This document shows positions 22,477-36,524 of a stretch of DNA of 64,000 nucleotides, in pieces. Within the stretch, counting starts at the first letter, position 1. Each line of letters begins with the position of its first letter. Position numbers and translations under genes: made by a program. A model generated the notes under the pieces. The model saw only the letters and a list, made by a program, of their open reading frames with translations. It was not told where the DNA came from and searched no databases. Origin of the DNA: Monocercomonoides exilis PA203 (lineage: Eukaryota > Protista > Preaxostyla). The DNA lies in the NCBI GenBank assembly GCA_001643675.2, contig LSRY02000009.1, positions 496,001 through 560,000 of the forward strand, in the 5' to 3' direction.

Positions 22477-24694
22477 TAGTCAGGGACAAAACCCGGGACA
22501 AGGACAAAACCCGGGACACTTCAGTCTAGAATATTTTTTTTGAATGTTTTTTTAAAACAATTCCAAATCAAAAAACAATTCTTGATAAACTTTTTTGATT
22601 TCATCCTTTGAATGCACGTCAAAACAATTGTCTTTTCAATAAGAAATTATATCAAATAGAATGATCAAACTTCCATTAATCATATGAAAAAAGCAAACGT
22701 TTCTTCGCCTCTCCCTTTCAACAAATTATCACCGATTAAGGCCTCAGCAGAGTTTCGCCGGCTCCCTTCAAAAGTTGAAAAAGTTGATTATCTTCTGAAA
22801 CAAGATGGAATTAAACCTTCAGATCTTGTGAAAGATAAAATTATTACTCATTCTTCCATTTACCGGCATATGGCTTCAAAAAAAGCAGGGCGTGATCCTC
22901 AACATGCTGGCAGGCCAGGGCTGTTCAATAAAGAAGAAATAGAGGAAATAGAAGATTGTGCAATTGCACAAATATCATCCACAAACAAATTGACAGTTTC
23001 AGACATAATCAGATTCGTGTGTTGCTATTTGTTTGTTTTATTTTTTAATTGTGCATTTTTGATAGTCAGAAAATGTGATGATGAAGAAAAAGAAGGAATG
23101 CACACAAACGACTGAAGTCAGGAAAATCAGCAAAAAATGGGCACGCAGGTTGATAAAGAAAAGTGGATTACTGAAATTAATTAAACCAACTTTTATAGAT
23201 CTTCAGCGCCTTCAAGCATCCACAATAGAAAATATGAGGAATTGGTTTTCGTTGTTAAAAAATGTTATTGATGATTATAATATTTCATCAGATTTAATTA
23301 TCAATATGGACGAAACTGGCATCTTGATGAAGCAGTCGGACGAGGAAATAGTAGTTACAAAAGAATCTCAGCATGCATTTTTACCAGAAGCACAGAGAAG
23401 GAAAAATGCTACATTATTTTTTTCTATTTTTGCAGATGGGACGTCACTTGATCCAATCATGCTATGGCCTTCTCAGACCATTTCCGAGGATTTAAAGGAA
23501 TTGAAGTATCATCGAATTAACTGTTTGGCAAATGGGACAGGCTGGATGACAAGAAGAGATTTTGAAAAGGTTATGATAGAAATATTATTGCCAAAAATTA
23601 ATGAGAAAAGAGTTGAGCTTCATGGACAGTCTTCCTACGCTTTGATTATACTTGATGGGCATTCCTCTCGCCTTAGTTTTCCAGTGATATCTTGGTGCAG
23701 AGATCATTTAATCCATTTATTGATTCTTCCATCACATACAACACATCTCACTCAGCCGCTGGATAGGTTTGTATTCGCGCATTTCAAAAACAGCCTAAAA
23801 AGAGCATTCTCGGTTCCTTCTGATTCGTCAATTTCTTCTTACAGAAAATCATTAATTCCAGCAGTATCAGAAGCGGTTAATAACTCTCTCTCTCCAAGAA
23901 TTGTGAAAAAGTCATTTGAAGCATGCGGAATTTTCCCGTTAGACCCTTCTGTCGTATATCAGTGCCTCCCGCAGAAAATTGAAGCCCCTTCGACATCAGA
24001 AAAAGTGGTAAACAATTCTTCACTTTCATGCAGAATCAGCATGAAATTAATTACAGGAGATAATTTTTTCGAAAGCTTTTCCATGCAATTCGAAAAAAAA
24101 AAGAAAAGTCAGCAAAATAGCTCAGTAACAAAGCAGGATGGTACAATGTCTGAGGTGAAGGAATTATCTAATGTGAAGGACAAAAGTTCAAATGAAACAG
24201 GACCTGTTGAAAATGTCAACTTTCAAAACCATGGAAGGAAAACAATTATTCACGATGATGTTTCTTTGGAACAATCTGATTATTCAGAGGATCAAAAAGA
24301 GCAACGAGATACAATAGAAGAAGAGATTCTTTTCCCCAGTGAAAAAAGGAAAAGAAAACTAACTTCAGAAAGCAAATGGGGATCCATCTTCAATTACAGT
24401 TAAAAACATTTAATGTGAGTCACAAATTATTTATTCTTTGCTTATATAAACATGATTCGACATAATTCAACAGTGCTTTGTTTTAAATTGCCTTTAAAGC
24501 GCCAATCTTTTTTAACTGATATTTTAATTGCAAATTCAATTCAGATATTTTCATTTGGCTTGTTCGATCCACACAAATACACGAAAAACTCGATCATCAG
24601 TATATTTTTCCATGAAAAAGTGTTGAATTGTGTCAAAAAAAGCTAAATGGAATATCCCGGGTTTTGTCCTTGTCCCGGGTTTTGTCCCTGACTA
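22477..24694 (+). mobile_element. pogo/Tigger-type (IS630-Tc1-mariner group) DNA transposon, apparently intact
   Basis: ~41-bp TIRs TAGTCAGGGACAAAACCCGGGACAAGGACAAAACCCGGGA; TA target duplication (22475-76 and 24695-96), confirmed by the empty site in the opposite foldback arm (~25461-25471). Confidence 0.95.
22684..24403 (+). CDS. DDE_1 (pogo/CENP-B-like) transposase, DD35D; join(22684..23016,23066..24403), ~556 aa
   Basis: NMDETG, ILDGHSSR and QPLDRFVF catalytic motifs, with 35 residues between D2 and D3; N-terminal HTH-like region (GRPGLF); 49-nt GT-AG intron joins the two ORFs in frame; C-terminal KRKRK. Confidence 0.9.
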
Positions 24695-25976
24695 TACATC
24701 ATTTATTATTCAAATTTTGTTAACTTATTATCGAAATTGGTAAACTTCTCATTCAAAATTAATAAAATACAGTATTTTTAAAAAAAAATTTTTTTTGTGA
24801 AAAATTGGTTTTTGGCTGAATGTTAGAAAGCGACTAAAATATTATATCATTTTATTATTCATTAATAGGATGAGAAATAGAACCTCTGATATTATTATTT
24901 GTCGAAAAACATGAAAATTTTTTGATTTTCCAGAAAAAACCATCGTCATTGAAATCGAATAGTTTTCAAATTAATTCTCCTCACACCGTTACACTATGAA
25001 TAATTCAATCGTAGTAAAATTATTTATTTCAATTTAACAAACTTATTAAAACAAATTTCACAACTGAATAAATCCATGAATGCATTTTCGGAATTCATCT
25101 TTTATTATTAATTGTTTGCCTTTCGATCTTTAATTTCAAATAACATTTTTTGATTGAATAATTCATAGTGTAACGGTGTGAGGAGAATTAATTTGAAAAC
25201 TATTCGATTTCAATGACGATGGTTTTTTCTGGAAAATCAAAAAATTTTCATGTTTTTCGACAAATAATAATATCAGAGGTTCTATTTCTCATCCTATTAA
25301 TGAATAATAAAATGATATAATATTTTAGTCGCTTTCTAACATTCAGCCAAAAACCAATTTTTCACAAAAAAAATTTATTTTTAAAAATACTGTATTTTAT
25401 TAATTTTGAATGAGAAGTTTACCAATTTCGATAATAAGTTAACAAAATTTGAATAATAAATGATGTATTTTCTTCACTTTCTGACATTCAACCATATACC
25501 AATTTATAACAATAAATATATTAAATTGAAAAAAAAATTAGATATATTTCATATTATTGGAAAACAAACTTCGAAGAATTGGAATACCAAGAATTTATAA
25601 TTAATGGTGAAATCAAAAAATTCAAAAAAAATTAAATAAAAAATTTGTAGGGTATTTGTTGCAACAGTGTTATTCGTTTCTAACAAAAATGAAATTCAAT
25701 CTTATCGATTGCATATTTCAACATTTCAAATTTATATAGAAAAGTTATACAGAAATATATTGGTGAAAAATATTCAATGTTCCATCGATCAAAAAACATG
25801 CAGCTTATCCTTTTCGCACGTATACTTCTTGCTGACAAATTGTTGTTGCTCGATGTTCCCCAAGTTATTTCTATCGAAAGCCAACATACTCGCTTTATTT
25901 CTCAATTGAGTTATAACAGTGTTAATTCGAATGGAGGCAATTAAAACGATGCATATTTACAAACAAACAGAATACG

Positions 25977-26035
<59 letters not shown>
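25977..26035. repeat. Poly(A) tract
   Basis: 59 consecutive A. Confidence 0.9.
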
Positions 26036-26037
<2 letters not shown>

Positions 26038-29000
26038 AAGAAACGAGGAGCATATCCTGCAATTCCAAAGGATTGAAACTAGTCACATCAACAACAATTG
26101 TTTCATTTTTGAGATTATTCAACACTTCGGCTGAACTGAAAAATGTGGCAATTGAACATTCTTCCTCACAATTTATGCTTATAACAGAAAAGTCGAGTGT
26201 TATGCTGGATTCCTGCATTTCCCACCAAAAATCATCAACTCCTTTTCATTTACATAGCGGGTCAATATGACTCACAAACATGAGTTCAATGCCAAAAAAG
26301 AATGCTTATTCATCCGGGCTCGTATTTTCATCTGATGATTCAAATTCGGCCATGATGAGAAATTCCATCATTTCAGATCTGGATATTTCTTCATCAGACA
26401 ATTATCTTGTTTCAGGGAAGGGAAAAGTGAAGTGATTTCTAACTGTTCCTTCAGGAACATGTCTGTGAAATCATGCAAGAAAAGTGATTATTACATGGAG
26501 CATTCATGCTATTCGAGTTCGATGGAGAACACACTCATTTGTTCATGTGTGAATGCTTTTGAAGGAGGAATTTCGAGTGGGTCCTATTCTTCTCAAGAAT
26601 TTGTCTGCAAAAACACAACAATAAGCAACGGATAAAGAGAAACAAATGACCTTCAGAAAAAAGATAAAATGAATATTACAGATAGTCAATCGTTTTCGTT
26701 GTGTGAATGGGTTGATTGCACAGCACCATGAGGAGGGGCTCTTTATGTTCATGAAAACGAAAATGCTATTTTGACTGTTGAAAATTGTTCATTTTCAAGA
26801 CGCATTTCTTGAACAAGAGGTGGCGGAATATATGCATTGAAAATCGCTGAATGGATTGCTCTTCATTCATTATTTTCTCAATGCTCAGCACAAGTCGCCT
26901 CGGATTTTGGAGGAGGATGAATTATGGCACAGTTTGTGTATGTGCAATCAATGGTTGATGATTGCAATTTTCAAAACTGTTCTTCGGGAAACGATGCAGG
27001 AGCAATTGATCTGCGTCCAACGAAAACTCAGAGGCAGAAGAAATGCATTATTTATTCATATTTTATAAAATGTTGTGTATGAAACTCTTCAAATTCTTGG
27101 GGAGGAGCAATTGATCATTGGAATTGCGCTGATCAAGTTATTATCTCAAATTGTCTCTTTTGTCATTGTTATTCAATGGATGGAGGAGGCGCTATCGGGA
27201 TGTTAATTAATACAAATAATGATGGAATTTTACTTTTCTTCTGTTTTTTTCACAATAACACATGCGTAGAAGCTGGGCATGATATTTTTCTTCGAAGTTC
27301 AGCAGCAAACAACATTGATTCCACCTGTTTCTCGACCAGGCAAACAACAAACAGAGTCAGTACAGGTCATCATTCTATAGTCAATCATAGCGAATGGCTA
27401 AGAAACGATTTTGGAAGAATCAGATTTGTCTCTTCAGTTCAAATGCGGCCGAATGCCATTGATACATATTCGTGCGGAATAAATGAGTCTCATCCACGCA
27501 GCACAATCAGTCATTGTTTGACCCAACTAATTCCTGAATATGTGACTGATATCGAAATACTCACTGGAACAATTATCGAAACAAATAGTTTTAATTGTGA
27601 AACAGACAATTTTACTGTTTATGGCCAAAGAGATTTAACAACAATAATTCAAACAGAACTAGAGTCTGGTTGTTTGTCTCTTTTTTCAGTCTCAACAGGC
27701 ATCTTGTCTGTCAGAGACCTTGTTCTTGTGCACAACTCAGCACATGCAAATAATAGAGCTTCGAGGCTATTTGAGATCACTGGAGCAGGAGAGATGCTTA
27801 TAAGTGGTTTGAACATATCCGCCGGAAATGGGCAATCTTCAGAAGCAGCATTTTCAACAGAGCTGATAAATGTTCAGAATGGGATGTTTCAGATGGAACA
27901 TGTGAACTGGGCAAAGACTATCTCCACAACTTCGTTATTTTCACTTTCTTCAACAAATGAAATTACACTGACACTTTCAGAATGCACTTTTGATGGAATT
28001 GAAAGAACAACAAGCGGAGCGGCTGTGATGTCGTTTTCCAGCGATAAGATTAACATTGATCTGAATTCAAGCACTTTTGAAGGATGTGGAAGTTCAAGTT
28101 CAGAGAATGGAGGATCGATGATGCTATTCGCAGGGAATGGAAATGAAGTGAAAGTGAATGGCGGATCTTTTGATGGATGCTTTTGTTCGGCATCCAATGG
28201 TCTTGGGGGTGGAATCCTTCTTCGATTATTGAATGAAAATCCAAATTTCCTGATTTCTTCTTCATTCGGAACAAACACGGCCAAATGAGGAAGAGATATT
28301 TTCGTTCTTTCTCCAAACCTTGAAGTGACTGCGAAATCGAAAAAGATCTCATGTGTAACAGCCTCTTTGGATACACTTGACAAGGTTAGAGGATATGACA
28401 ATGGAAACAACAGTGTGGCTATTCCTCTGTGCATCTATCTCCTTCACACACCGGAAGAAATATATGTGAGCAATTCTGAGGCATCTTATCACTCATATTG
28501 TGGAATTGTTCAATTCCCATGTTTGACTTTGAAGCATTCAGTCATTCGTCAAACAGGAACAAAGAAAGTGACTGTGAGTGGAATGATTATGATGAGCGAT
28601 GAATTGACCTTTGCTGGACAGAAGCATGAAATCCGAGGAAGCAATGATCAAAGTGGTTGGACAGTCTCCGATTCAACTTCATCATTCAACTCAGCGATGA
28701 TAACAGCAAGTGTTGAAACAGAATTATCAAAGCTCATCTTCTCTCTTCCTTCTTCTCTTTCACACTCCACTTTTATTTCTTCATCTTCATTACTGACATT
28801 GTCTCATTGCTCTCTTTCTCTTCAAATGCATTCATCAGAAATGGAATTTCTATTCTTATCTATTGAATCTGGTACCTTGGTTATTGATTCTTTTTCAGCT
28901 TCATCGATATCACTGAGAGAAAATACATTGATCTCATTGATAGGAAGTAGTACAAATAGCGAGACAATGAACACCAAATGGTTGAATATGACGAAATGCA

Positions 29001-32000
29001 CTTTCACGGAAATCGAAAGAGTAACTGGAAGTGGAGGCTGTATCAACATTGACAACAGCAATGATGAAAATTCAAATGGAGAAATAAATATTGAAGAATG
29101 TGTTTTTGATAGATGTTCTGTGCTTGCTGATGAAAGCAGAGGAGGAGATATCAATGCCCTGTTGAAAGGGAATACGCATTTGAATATCACTTCATGCACA
29201 TTCACAGGATGCACTGCATGAAATGAAGATGAGAAAACTGGATTTGGAGGAGGGATGGCACTGAAGCTGATTGATGACTATTCTTCGTTTGTGATCTCAT
29301 CTCCTGTTTTTGAAGCAGATAAGCCAAATACTGCTAAATATGGAAATGATCATTTTGTTGAATCATTGAACTTGACAAAGAGCATCACAAACACCTCTCT
29401 TCCATTTGTGCCAGAGAATCTGGATGATATTACGTTGGATTCAATGAGAGGTTTTGATGGAAATGATTCAACGAATGCCATTCCATTGATCTATTTATGG
29501 CTTTCACTTGGAGCACAGATATTTATTGGAGGCGATGGAAAAGATGTTTGCACTTGTGGTCTTTCAGATTATCCGTGTCTGTCAATCGATTGTTGTTTGG
29601 ATCGATTGCCTGAAGGAAATGAAAGGAAAATAAACATCATTGGAAAAGGAATTCTTCAAAAGAGTGTTGATGTGAGTGGCCTTTCAATGTGCTCAAACAA
29701 TGAAGAAATGTGCTCTTTGGAATGTGTTTCATCGCTTGAAGAAGCTGAAGGAGCAGCAATGAAGATTTCTGGAATTACTAAATTTGAATTTATTAACTTT
29801 ATGATTCCATCTTCATTCACAGGTGGAGTCAATTATTTGATGCATGTTGACTCAAGCGATGGATTATTGACTTTGAAAGACTGTTCATTCACAAAAAATG
29901 AAGAAGCAGAGAAGAAAAAACCGATTTTGGGCTGATCAAGGCAGATGGAGACACAGTTCAATTGGAATTAGTGGCAATGCAATCACTCTGCTTTTCAAAG
30001 GATGTTATTTCTGCGCTGCCAACAACGATATTGAATGTGAAAAACCTGACAATGAAGAATATTGTTCTGGATGGGGTCAGTGGATTGAGGATATTAAAGA
30101 GTTCAGGGAGAGAAAACAGAGAAAATAATGAAGTTCAACAAGATATTATTATTGAGTGGAGTTCGTTCAAAGAAGTCACTAAGAACACAACAGAGAACAT
30201 TCCCATCATTAGAAATAACAACGATGATGAGCCATTGATAATAGTGATACGAAATACAACGATGAAGAAGCGTGGAGGATCGAAATGTGGAAAGGGAGGG
30301 GTAATATTTTCTGTGTTGAACGAGGGAGGAAGCTTTGACTGTTCATTTTGTACGATTTCTGAGTGCTTCTGCTCAACCACAGGAAGAGGTGGGTGGATGT
30401 TTCTGGAGTGCACCTCGACAGCTGAGCAACCTCTGAATTTTGTTTTGTCGAATATCACCTTCAAAGATAACTCAGCGTTCAGAGGAAGAGACGTGTATGT
30501 GAGATGCCACTCAATCGAAAATCAAATTGTTGATGAACAATTCCTGTTGGACTTCAGATTGCCATTTGTGAAAGAATTGGCAATGTGGGGATATGAAACT
30601 GACTCTTTTGTGGGGGAAGAAGATCTTCTGCTGAGTGTTGTGAAATACCAGAGCGAGACGATTTTTGTGTCTATGACTGCAGACAATCACGCAGATAGCA
30701 AGCAATGTGGAAAGTTCAACATGCCTTGGAAGTCGTTGAATGTTGGAGTTCAGCACATTATTCCTTCATCATATTCACAGCTGTTGATCTTGGGGCAAAC
30801 AGAAATAATTGTGAAATGTGATGTGCATGATGTGATCATCCGTTCGCTGCAATCTCCTTTAGCAGCTTTGGTGTATCTGAACTCAACAATTGTTGGCAAT
30901 GAGGGAAATCTAATCACAATCTCAGAGAAAGTTCGGATTGAGAGATTGAAATTCAACTTTGTTCAGTTATTTTTGTATTCAGGCAATTCTATTATCCATG
31001 AAACAAATGGCCAATTATCTCTTTCATTTGTTGATTTTTCTTCGATTGGCCACTCAGAAAACATTGAAGCTGCTATTCCAAACTCAACATTGCTGAGTAT
31101 CGAAAATGGAATTCTTCATATTGACAACTGCTCAGTGTCACTCCTATCATTCAAGAAATCGTTGTTTCTGTTAAATGGGGATAAGATTTCATTGATGAAT
31201 GTGAGACTGGAAAAAGTTGAAGCAATTTCAAATGTGTTTGAGATTGGCAATTGTGGAAAAATTGCATTGAATGGAGTATCAGCGGATGGAGTGAAGCCGT
31301 CTGATGGTTGTATCATTGTGATAAACGATTCAATTTCAGAAACCGTTTCCATTGGAATCTGCTCATTCAACAACTGTTCAAGGAACTCAGAAGGCGCTTC
31401 TGTTTTCTCGGCTTCATCAACCTCTGCTCATTTCGAGTTTTCAAACTGTTCTTGCACGAATTGCTATTCTCTGTCTGACAAATGAAGTGTTATTGAGGTG
31501 CATGATGCGAAGGATGTTTCGATGGATTCTTGTCGATTTATTGGAGTGCTTGCGAAAGAAAGTGAAAACAAAAGAATAAACACTTTTGAAGATATCTGTC
31601 AATGGAATGGATCACTTGTCCATTTGTCAAATTCTTCGTTAGTGATGAAGGATGTGATAATTTCTAATTCTTCATTTGGCGGAATATCCATATCTTCTGG
31701 AAATGTGACAATTGAGAAAGGAGAATTCTTCGACAACAATCCATTCATTGAAAAATATCCATCAGTGAGAAGAAACATTGTTTGCTCAGATTTTGCTTCA
31801 TTGACCATTACCAGCTCGAAAGGAGGAGATGGACAAGAGAAAAATACTTCTCTTTGGATCCTTAACGACGAATGCACCATTGGTGGAATAGAAGGAGAAA
31901 GGTCATCGCCTTTCTTCATTCCAAAACTGGAAGATATTTCTCTGAACGAAAATGGAAGCAACATTGGAATTAAATTCTAGGGATCACTTTTTGTACCATG

Positions 32001-33630
32001 TGATTTGTCATTCAGATTGATATTCAAAACAGGGGATGTGGAGTTGGTTGAGACATATCAGTTTGATGAAAACAGTTTTGTGTCTGAAGATGAAGTGATT
32101 GGAACAATCCCATCAGAAAATATTTCAGCAATTGCAGATGAAACAGAGGTGTCAGTGATGATATTGTTTGGAAAACAATTGTCTGCAACTTCTCCTCTGA
32201 TTCTGAAGAACAAAACGGAATCAAAGGCAAAAGGAGATGATTAAGTTGTTGAAGGAGGGAAAGAAGGAAAATCATATTGGTTGTTGATTGTGATTGTACT
32301 TGTTGTTTTATTGTTGATTGTTCTCATTGTATCAATAATTTTGGCAATTCGATGGAGAAATTCAAAAGAAGAAGCAAAAAAATACAAGGAGATTGTTGAT
32401 GATAATATCAAAAAGGATCCGAAGCCGATTGAGATAGTGACGATGGAGATGTCACCAGAGGAGCAGTAGAGGAGAGCTGAGAGGGAGGCAGAGAAGAAGA
32501 GCGAAGAGATAATAAAGAAAAGAATAAATGGAAAGGAGATGGTGCATTCGGAGTCTGAAGAGTATTTGTTATCTGAAAGTGGATCGACTGAATACATTCT
32601 GAGGAAAGATTCAGATAAGATTCCTGATTGGGCATTGGAGAAGGTTGATGATGAGGAAATTAGAAAACAGACTCCATTTCCATCCATTTCATCCACTTCA
32701 ACAACTGATTCTGATTCAACATTTGTCCGAGGTGAGGATCTGTGCCCGACCACCTCATCCATGTCGAATCTGGTGGATGCAATAGCGTGCTCATCTCCTC
32801 ACGAAAAGCTGATTGTGGATCTGAGGGATTCACTGTTCATGTTGTTGCATGGAAGGAACGAGAAGAAAGAGATAGCAATAGGCACTCTTCAGGAGAGAGA
32901 GATGACAGCTGCTCAGATCCTGTTCTGGGTGGTGAATGGAGCACTGCACTCATCTGACGAAATGGACAATCCTCTTTCATCTCTTGCCAATCTCAGTCCT
33001 CACGTTGTGCCGTTCTCAGAGCACATGGTGATCTGCATTGTGATGCACTCAGACTTCTTATCTGATGATGATTCAGACTCGTCTTCCATCTCTTCATCAA
33101 CTGTTGTGACTTCAACTTGTAATGATGATGGCGACTCTCTTCCCTCATCAGCATTTGAGGATGATGAAGATAGTTTCAAAAAAGAGTGCCTGAGGTGGAA
33201 GGCGCCAGAGCTGCAGATGAACAAGAAGATGAAAGCGACAAAGGAGTCAGTGGCATTCTCGATTGGGATGATGCTGTGGGAGTATTTGACTCTCAAGACT
33301 CCGTTTGGAGAGTATGAGGCAGTGATTGCAGGGGAGAAGATTGTGAATGGGGAGAGGCCGAGGCTGGAGATGGCAGAGGAATCTGGTCTGTTTGGGGTGA
33401 TGCAGAGCTGTCTTTCGGTAAAGGCTGAGGGGCGGCCCGCGCTGATGGAGCTGAAACGAACATTTTTTGGGAAGTTTCCGGCTGAGGCGATGGTGATGAC
33501 GATGACAGATACGATGTGCTGTGAGGAGTCAGAGGAGTCGGAAGAGTCAGAGGAGTCAAAAGAGAAGGACAGCCAAGCAAGGTACATTCGTCCTTCTTCA
33601 ACGATCATGAGTGACGAGACGAAAAAGTGA
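26035..33630 (+). pseudogene. Pseudogene of a large receptor-like membrane protein (beta-helix/Cys modules, TM, kinase-like C-terminus)
   Basis: Co-linear + strand ORF pieces (27176-28288, 28325-29221, 29255-29935, 29962-31485, 31498-31980, 32005-32244, 32281-32469, 32539-33630) separated by stops and frameshifts; TM at ~32278-32350; RWKAPEL...FSIGMMLWE...PF...GERP kinase C-lobe motifs. Confidence 0.85.
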
Positions 33631-33954
33631 TGGGTGAAAGGAACAGAAGCAAAGACAAGTTGTAAAGCTGAGAAGAGGTTTTATAATTTTTGTTGTTCTT
33701 GATTTTTGAATATTTTTGTTTTTTCATTTGTATTTGAATATTTTTTTCAATTAATAGTCAATTTCTTATAATTTTCCGTTTTCTTCACTTTTTGTGTGAT
33801 TTAACTTTTATGTTGTTGTTTTTTGTGCCATTTGCGTTTTTTGAATTGTTTAAATTATAAGTTCTTTTACAACACCATTTTTTCTGGAGAAGGATCTAAG
33901 TAGAATTTTGTGGGGCTTTGCTTCCACACATCTGCTGATCAATTGTTTTATTTT

Positions 33955-33985
33955 TTCATTCATTCATTCATTCATTCATTCATTC
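33955..33985. repeat. (TTCA)n microsatellite (second tract at ~34178-34199)
   Basis: Direct inspection. Confidence 0.85.
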
Positions 33986-36524
33986 CATTTTATAACTCCC
34001 ATTTGATTTTTGGTTGAGCATGTTTTTCGTTCATCTTCTGCCTTTGAGACGAGAAGAACAAGCCAGGAGCATTGGAAAATGCTTCTTGACAAGCGATCTT
34101 GATTCCTTTTGAAAGAAAGTGATCTTCATTTATTTTTACAAGTCGATCAATCCTCTTCTCCAGTGACTTGATTATCTTTCATTCATTCATTCATTCATTT
34201 CGCATTATGTATTCATCACCCGTTGTATTATTGAGCTTGCAAATTGGATTGAAAAGATAAAAAACAAAGCAATCGAAAACACCAAATTGTTTTTTCTTTT
34301 GTCATTGATGAGTTTCTTTTCAAAAGCCAAAACTTTGAAATTGAATCAGAAAATCAGAAATCCTCATTTACCAACAAGATCCACTTATTCTTTTGAGTGG
34401 ATGATCAAACAATATTTTGACTCACTCAAAGATTATTAGTTTCTCGTTCAGTTTCCTCTGCCATTTTCAAAAGGATCAAAATTTCACATTCAAGAACATC
34501 TGAAATTTCTTTTGAAACACACAGATTAAAACACCTTTGTTCTTCAAACACACGCACAGTTCAGTCATTTTTTGAAAAAGTGGCTCATCTCCTTTTTCCT
34601 CTTTAATAACAAAAGTCTCATTTATTGTTTCTTTTGCCTTTGCCCAGTATTGAACAACAATGTTTTATGAAAGTAAAGAAAGAAGCAATTCAAAAAGCAA
34701 ATTGCCCACATTGTGGTTGAATGACTTATGAAAAAGGATTGCGAAAAAAGGATGGAAAGATTCATCAAACAAATGAAAATGGTTTCATAGAATATTATGA
34801 ATTTTTCCTTTTGGATTGGACTGGAAAAGCTATTCAGGATATTCTTCAAAAACAATTTCATTTGAACAAAGCAATCAAAGTGACATGTTTTATCACATCA
34901 ATCATATTTCCATAAGTCTTTGTGAAAGATTTCTTGGATGAAGGACTCATTCAACTGTGACTGTTCTTCATTTTCATTTCTTTGCCTCTCTTCCACTTAT
35001 TTGTCATTCTTTTTCCCGTAACGATCCCACTCATCTTTTTCTGTGAGTTGATTATTTTCAACTTTTCGAACAAGTTGCAAATCTAATAATCGATTCACAA
35101 ATATTGAATGATGTCTTTTTCTTTCTTTTTTGAAATAAACAGGTGAGCAATGGATTCTTAATTTTGAGCAACAAAGAAAAAATGTTGAAGACTGTATTAG
35201 TTTGTTTCCAATGAGGAAAACTCACATTCCATTAAAAAATGAAAATCAAGAAATTTTTATTATCATTTCTATTTATTTTATGAAACATAACGTTTTCAGA
35301 AAATAAACTTCAAAGGTGTGCAACAAACAATTACAACTATTAATTGGCAAATTTTTGATTTCGAAAGAAAAAAGTTGGTTTTCTCCAGCTTCATTTGTTT
35401 CAACGTTATCCCCAAGTTTCCATTCAAGAATTGTGGTTCAACAACTCCAACAAAAAGATTGTGAAACATTTGCACAACAGAGAATGTCACAAACAACAAC
35501 TGGTTTCCAATCGTTGCCCAGAATGTGATCGTTGCCAATGGAGGTTCAGACATAGATGCATGTGGCATTCCTCAAAAAACACAAATGAACAAAATGCCTA
35601 AAGATGATGTCACCAAAGAAGAAGAAGAAGAAGAAGAAGAAGAAGAAGAAAAAGATGATAAAGAAAAAGAAGAAAAACACGAAGAAGATAATGACCAAGA
35701 AGGAAAGAATACATATATAATTTCATTTGCCGAGGAGGGACATATGAAAACAATGATAGCTTAGACGAAGGCGAAGAAGAAGAAGACGAAGATCTTATCG
35801 AGATGTCATATGTTGAATATATGCTAACAGAAGATGTTCTCAACATCACAACCTCATTCTCTGCTCCAGCAGACAATGCTTTGACGACATAGTCCAAAGA
35901 CGAGGGCAAAGTGTCTTTTTATAAATTCTTTTCATCTCCAATTGCAGTGAAAATATCGGGTCCGTTCTCATTGTCTTGCTCTGCAAAGATAAGATTGTCA
36001 ATTTCAACAACAAGTCTGATTTCTTCCGTTTGGAAAGGATACGGATAGAAACGTCTTCACATTATATAGATAAATACAAAATGCACGCATGCTGATATTT
36101 TCATTCAAAATTTAAATTGTTGCATTTCGTTGTTCTTCCGATTTCCAAAAATAAACAGAATGAATTTCATCGTTCGCAATGTTTTTCCAGTGATTGACGT
36201 TTGCATGCAAAATAATACAATTAATTCTGCAGGATAGATTCATTCGCTGATCTCTCATCTTTCCAATGGATAATCTCGTTCAAAGAAAACAGTTTGATCA
36301 TTCGATCCATAACAAATAAAGAAAAATCGAAAAAGCGTTGTTTTTCTTTAAAATCCTTGGCCGGGATGTCAACAAAAGGAAAAACAGTTTGAGCACACGT
36401 GTTTTATTTGATTGTTTTGTGTTTTTATATTTCAACTGCTTCTTCTACCAAAACATGTGCTCGTTCAATGTGAATGGCTGATATATTGTTGCTTTCATGA
36501 ACAATTTTTTTAAAAAAGAAAAAA

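Larger units (their letters stand above)
22387..25550. repeat. Foldback element with ~400-bp near-identical inverted arms; left arm interrupted by the pogo element
   Basis: 22387-22476 plus 24697-25010 is the reverse complement of 25152-25550; spacer 25011-25151 is only weakly self-complementary. Confidence 0.9.

Noticed and set aside
25977-26035. Poly(A) as a retrotransposon tail
   Set aside because: No RT ORF or TSD; long homopolymers are frequent throughout the window.
34600-36350. Coding-like fragments with acidic tracts
   Set aside because: Probably a decayed gene, but too fragmented to assign frame, boundaries or family.
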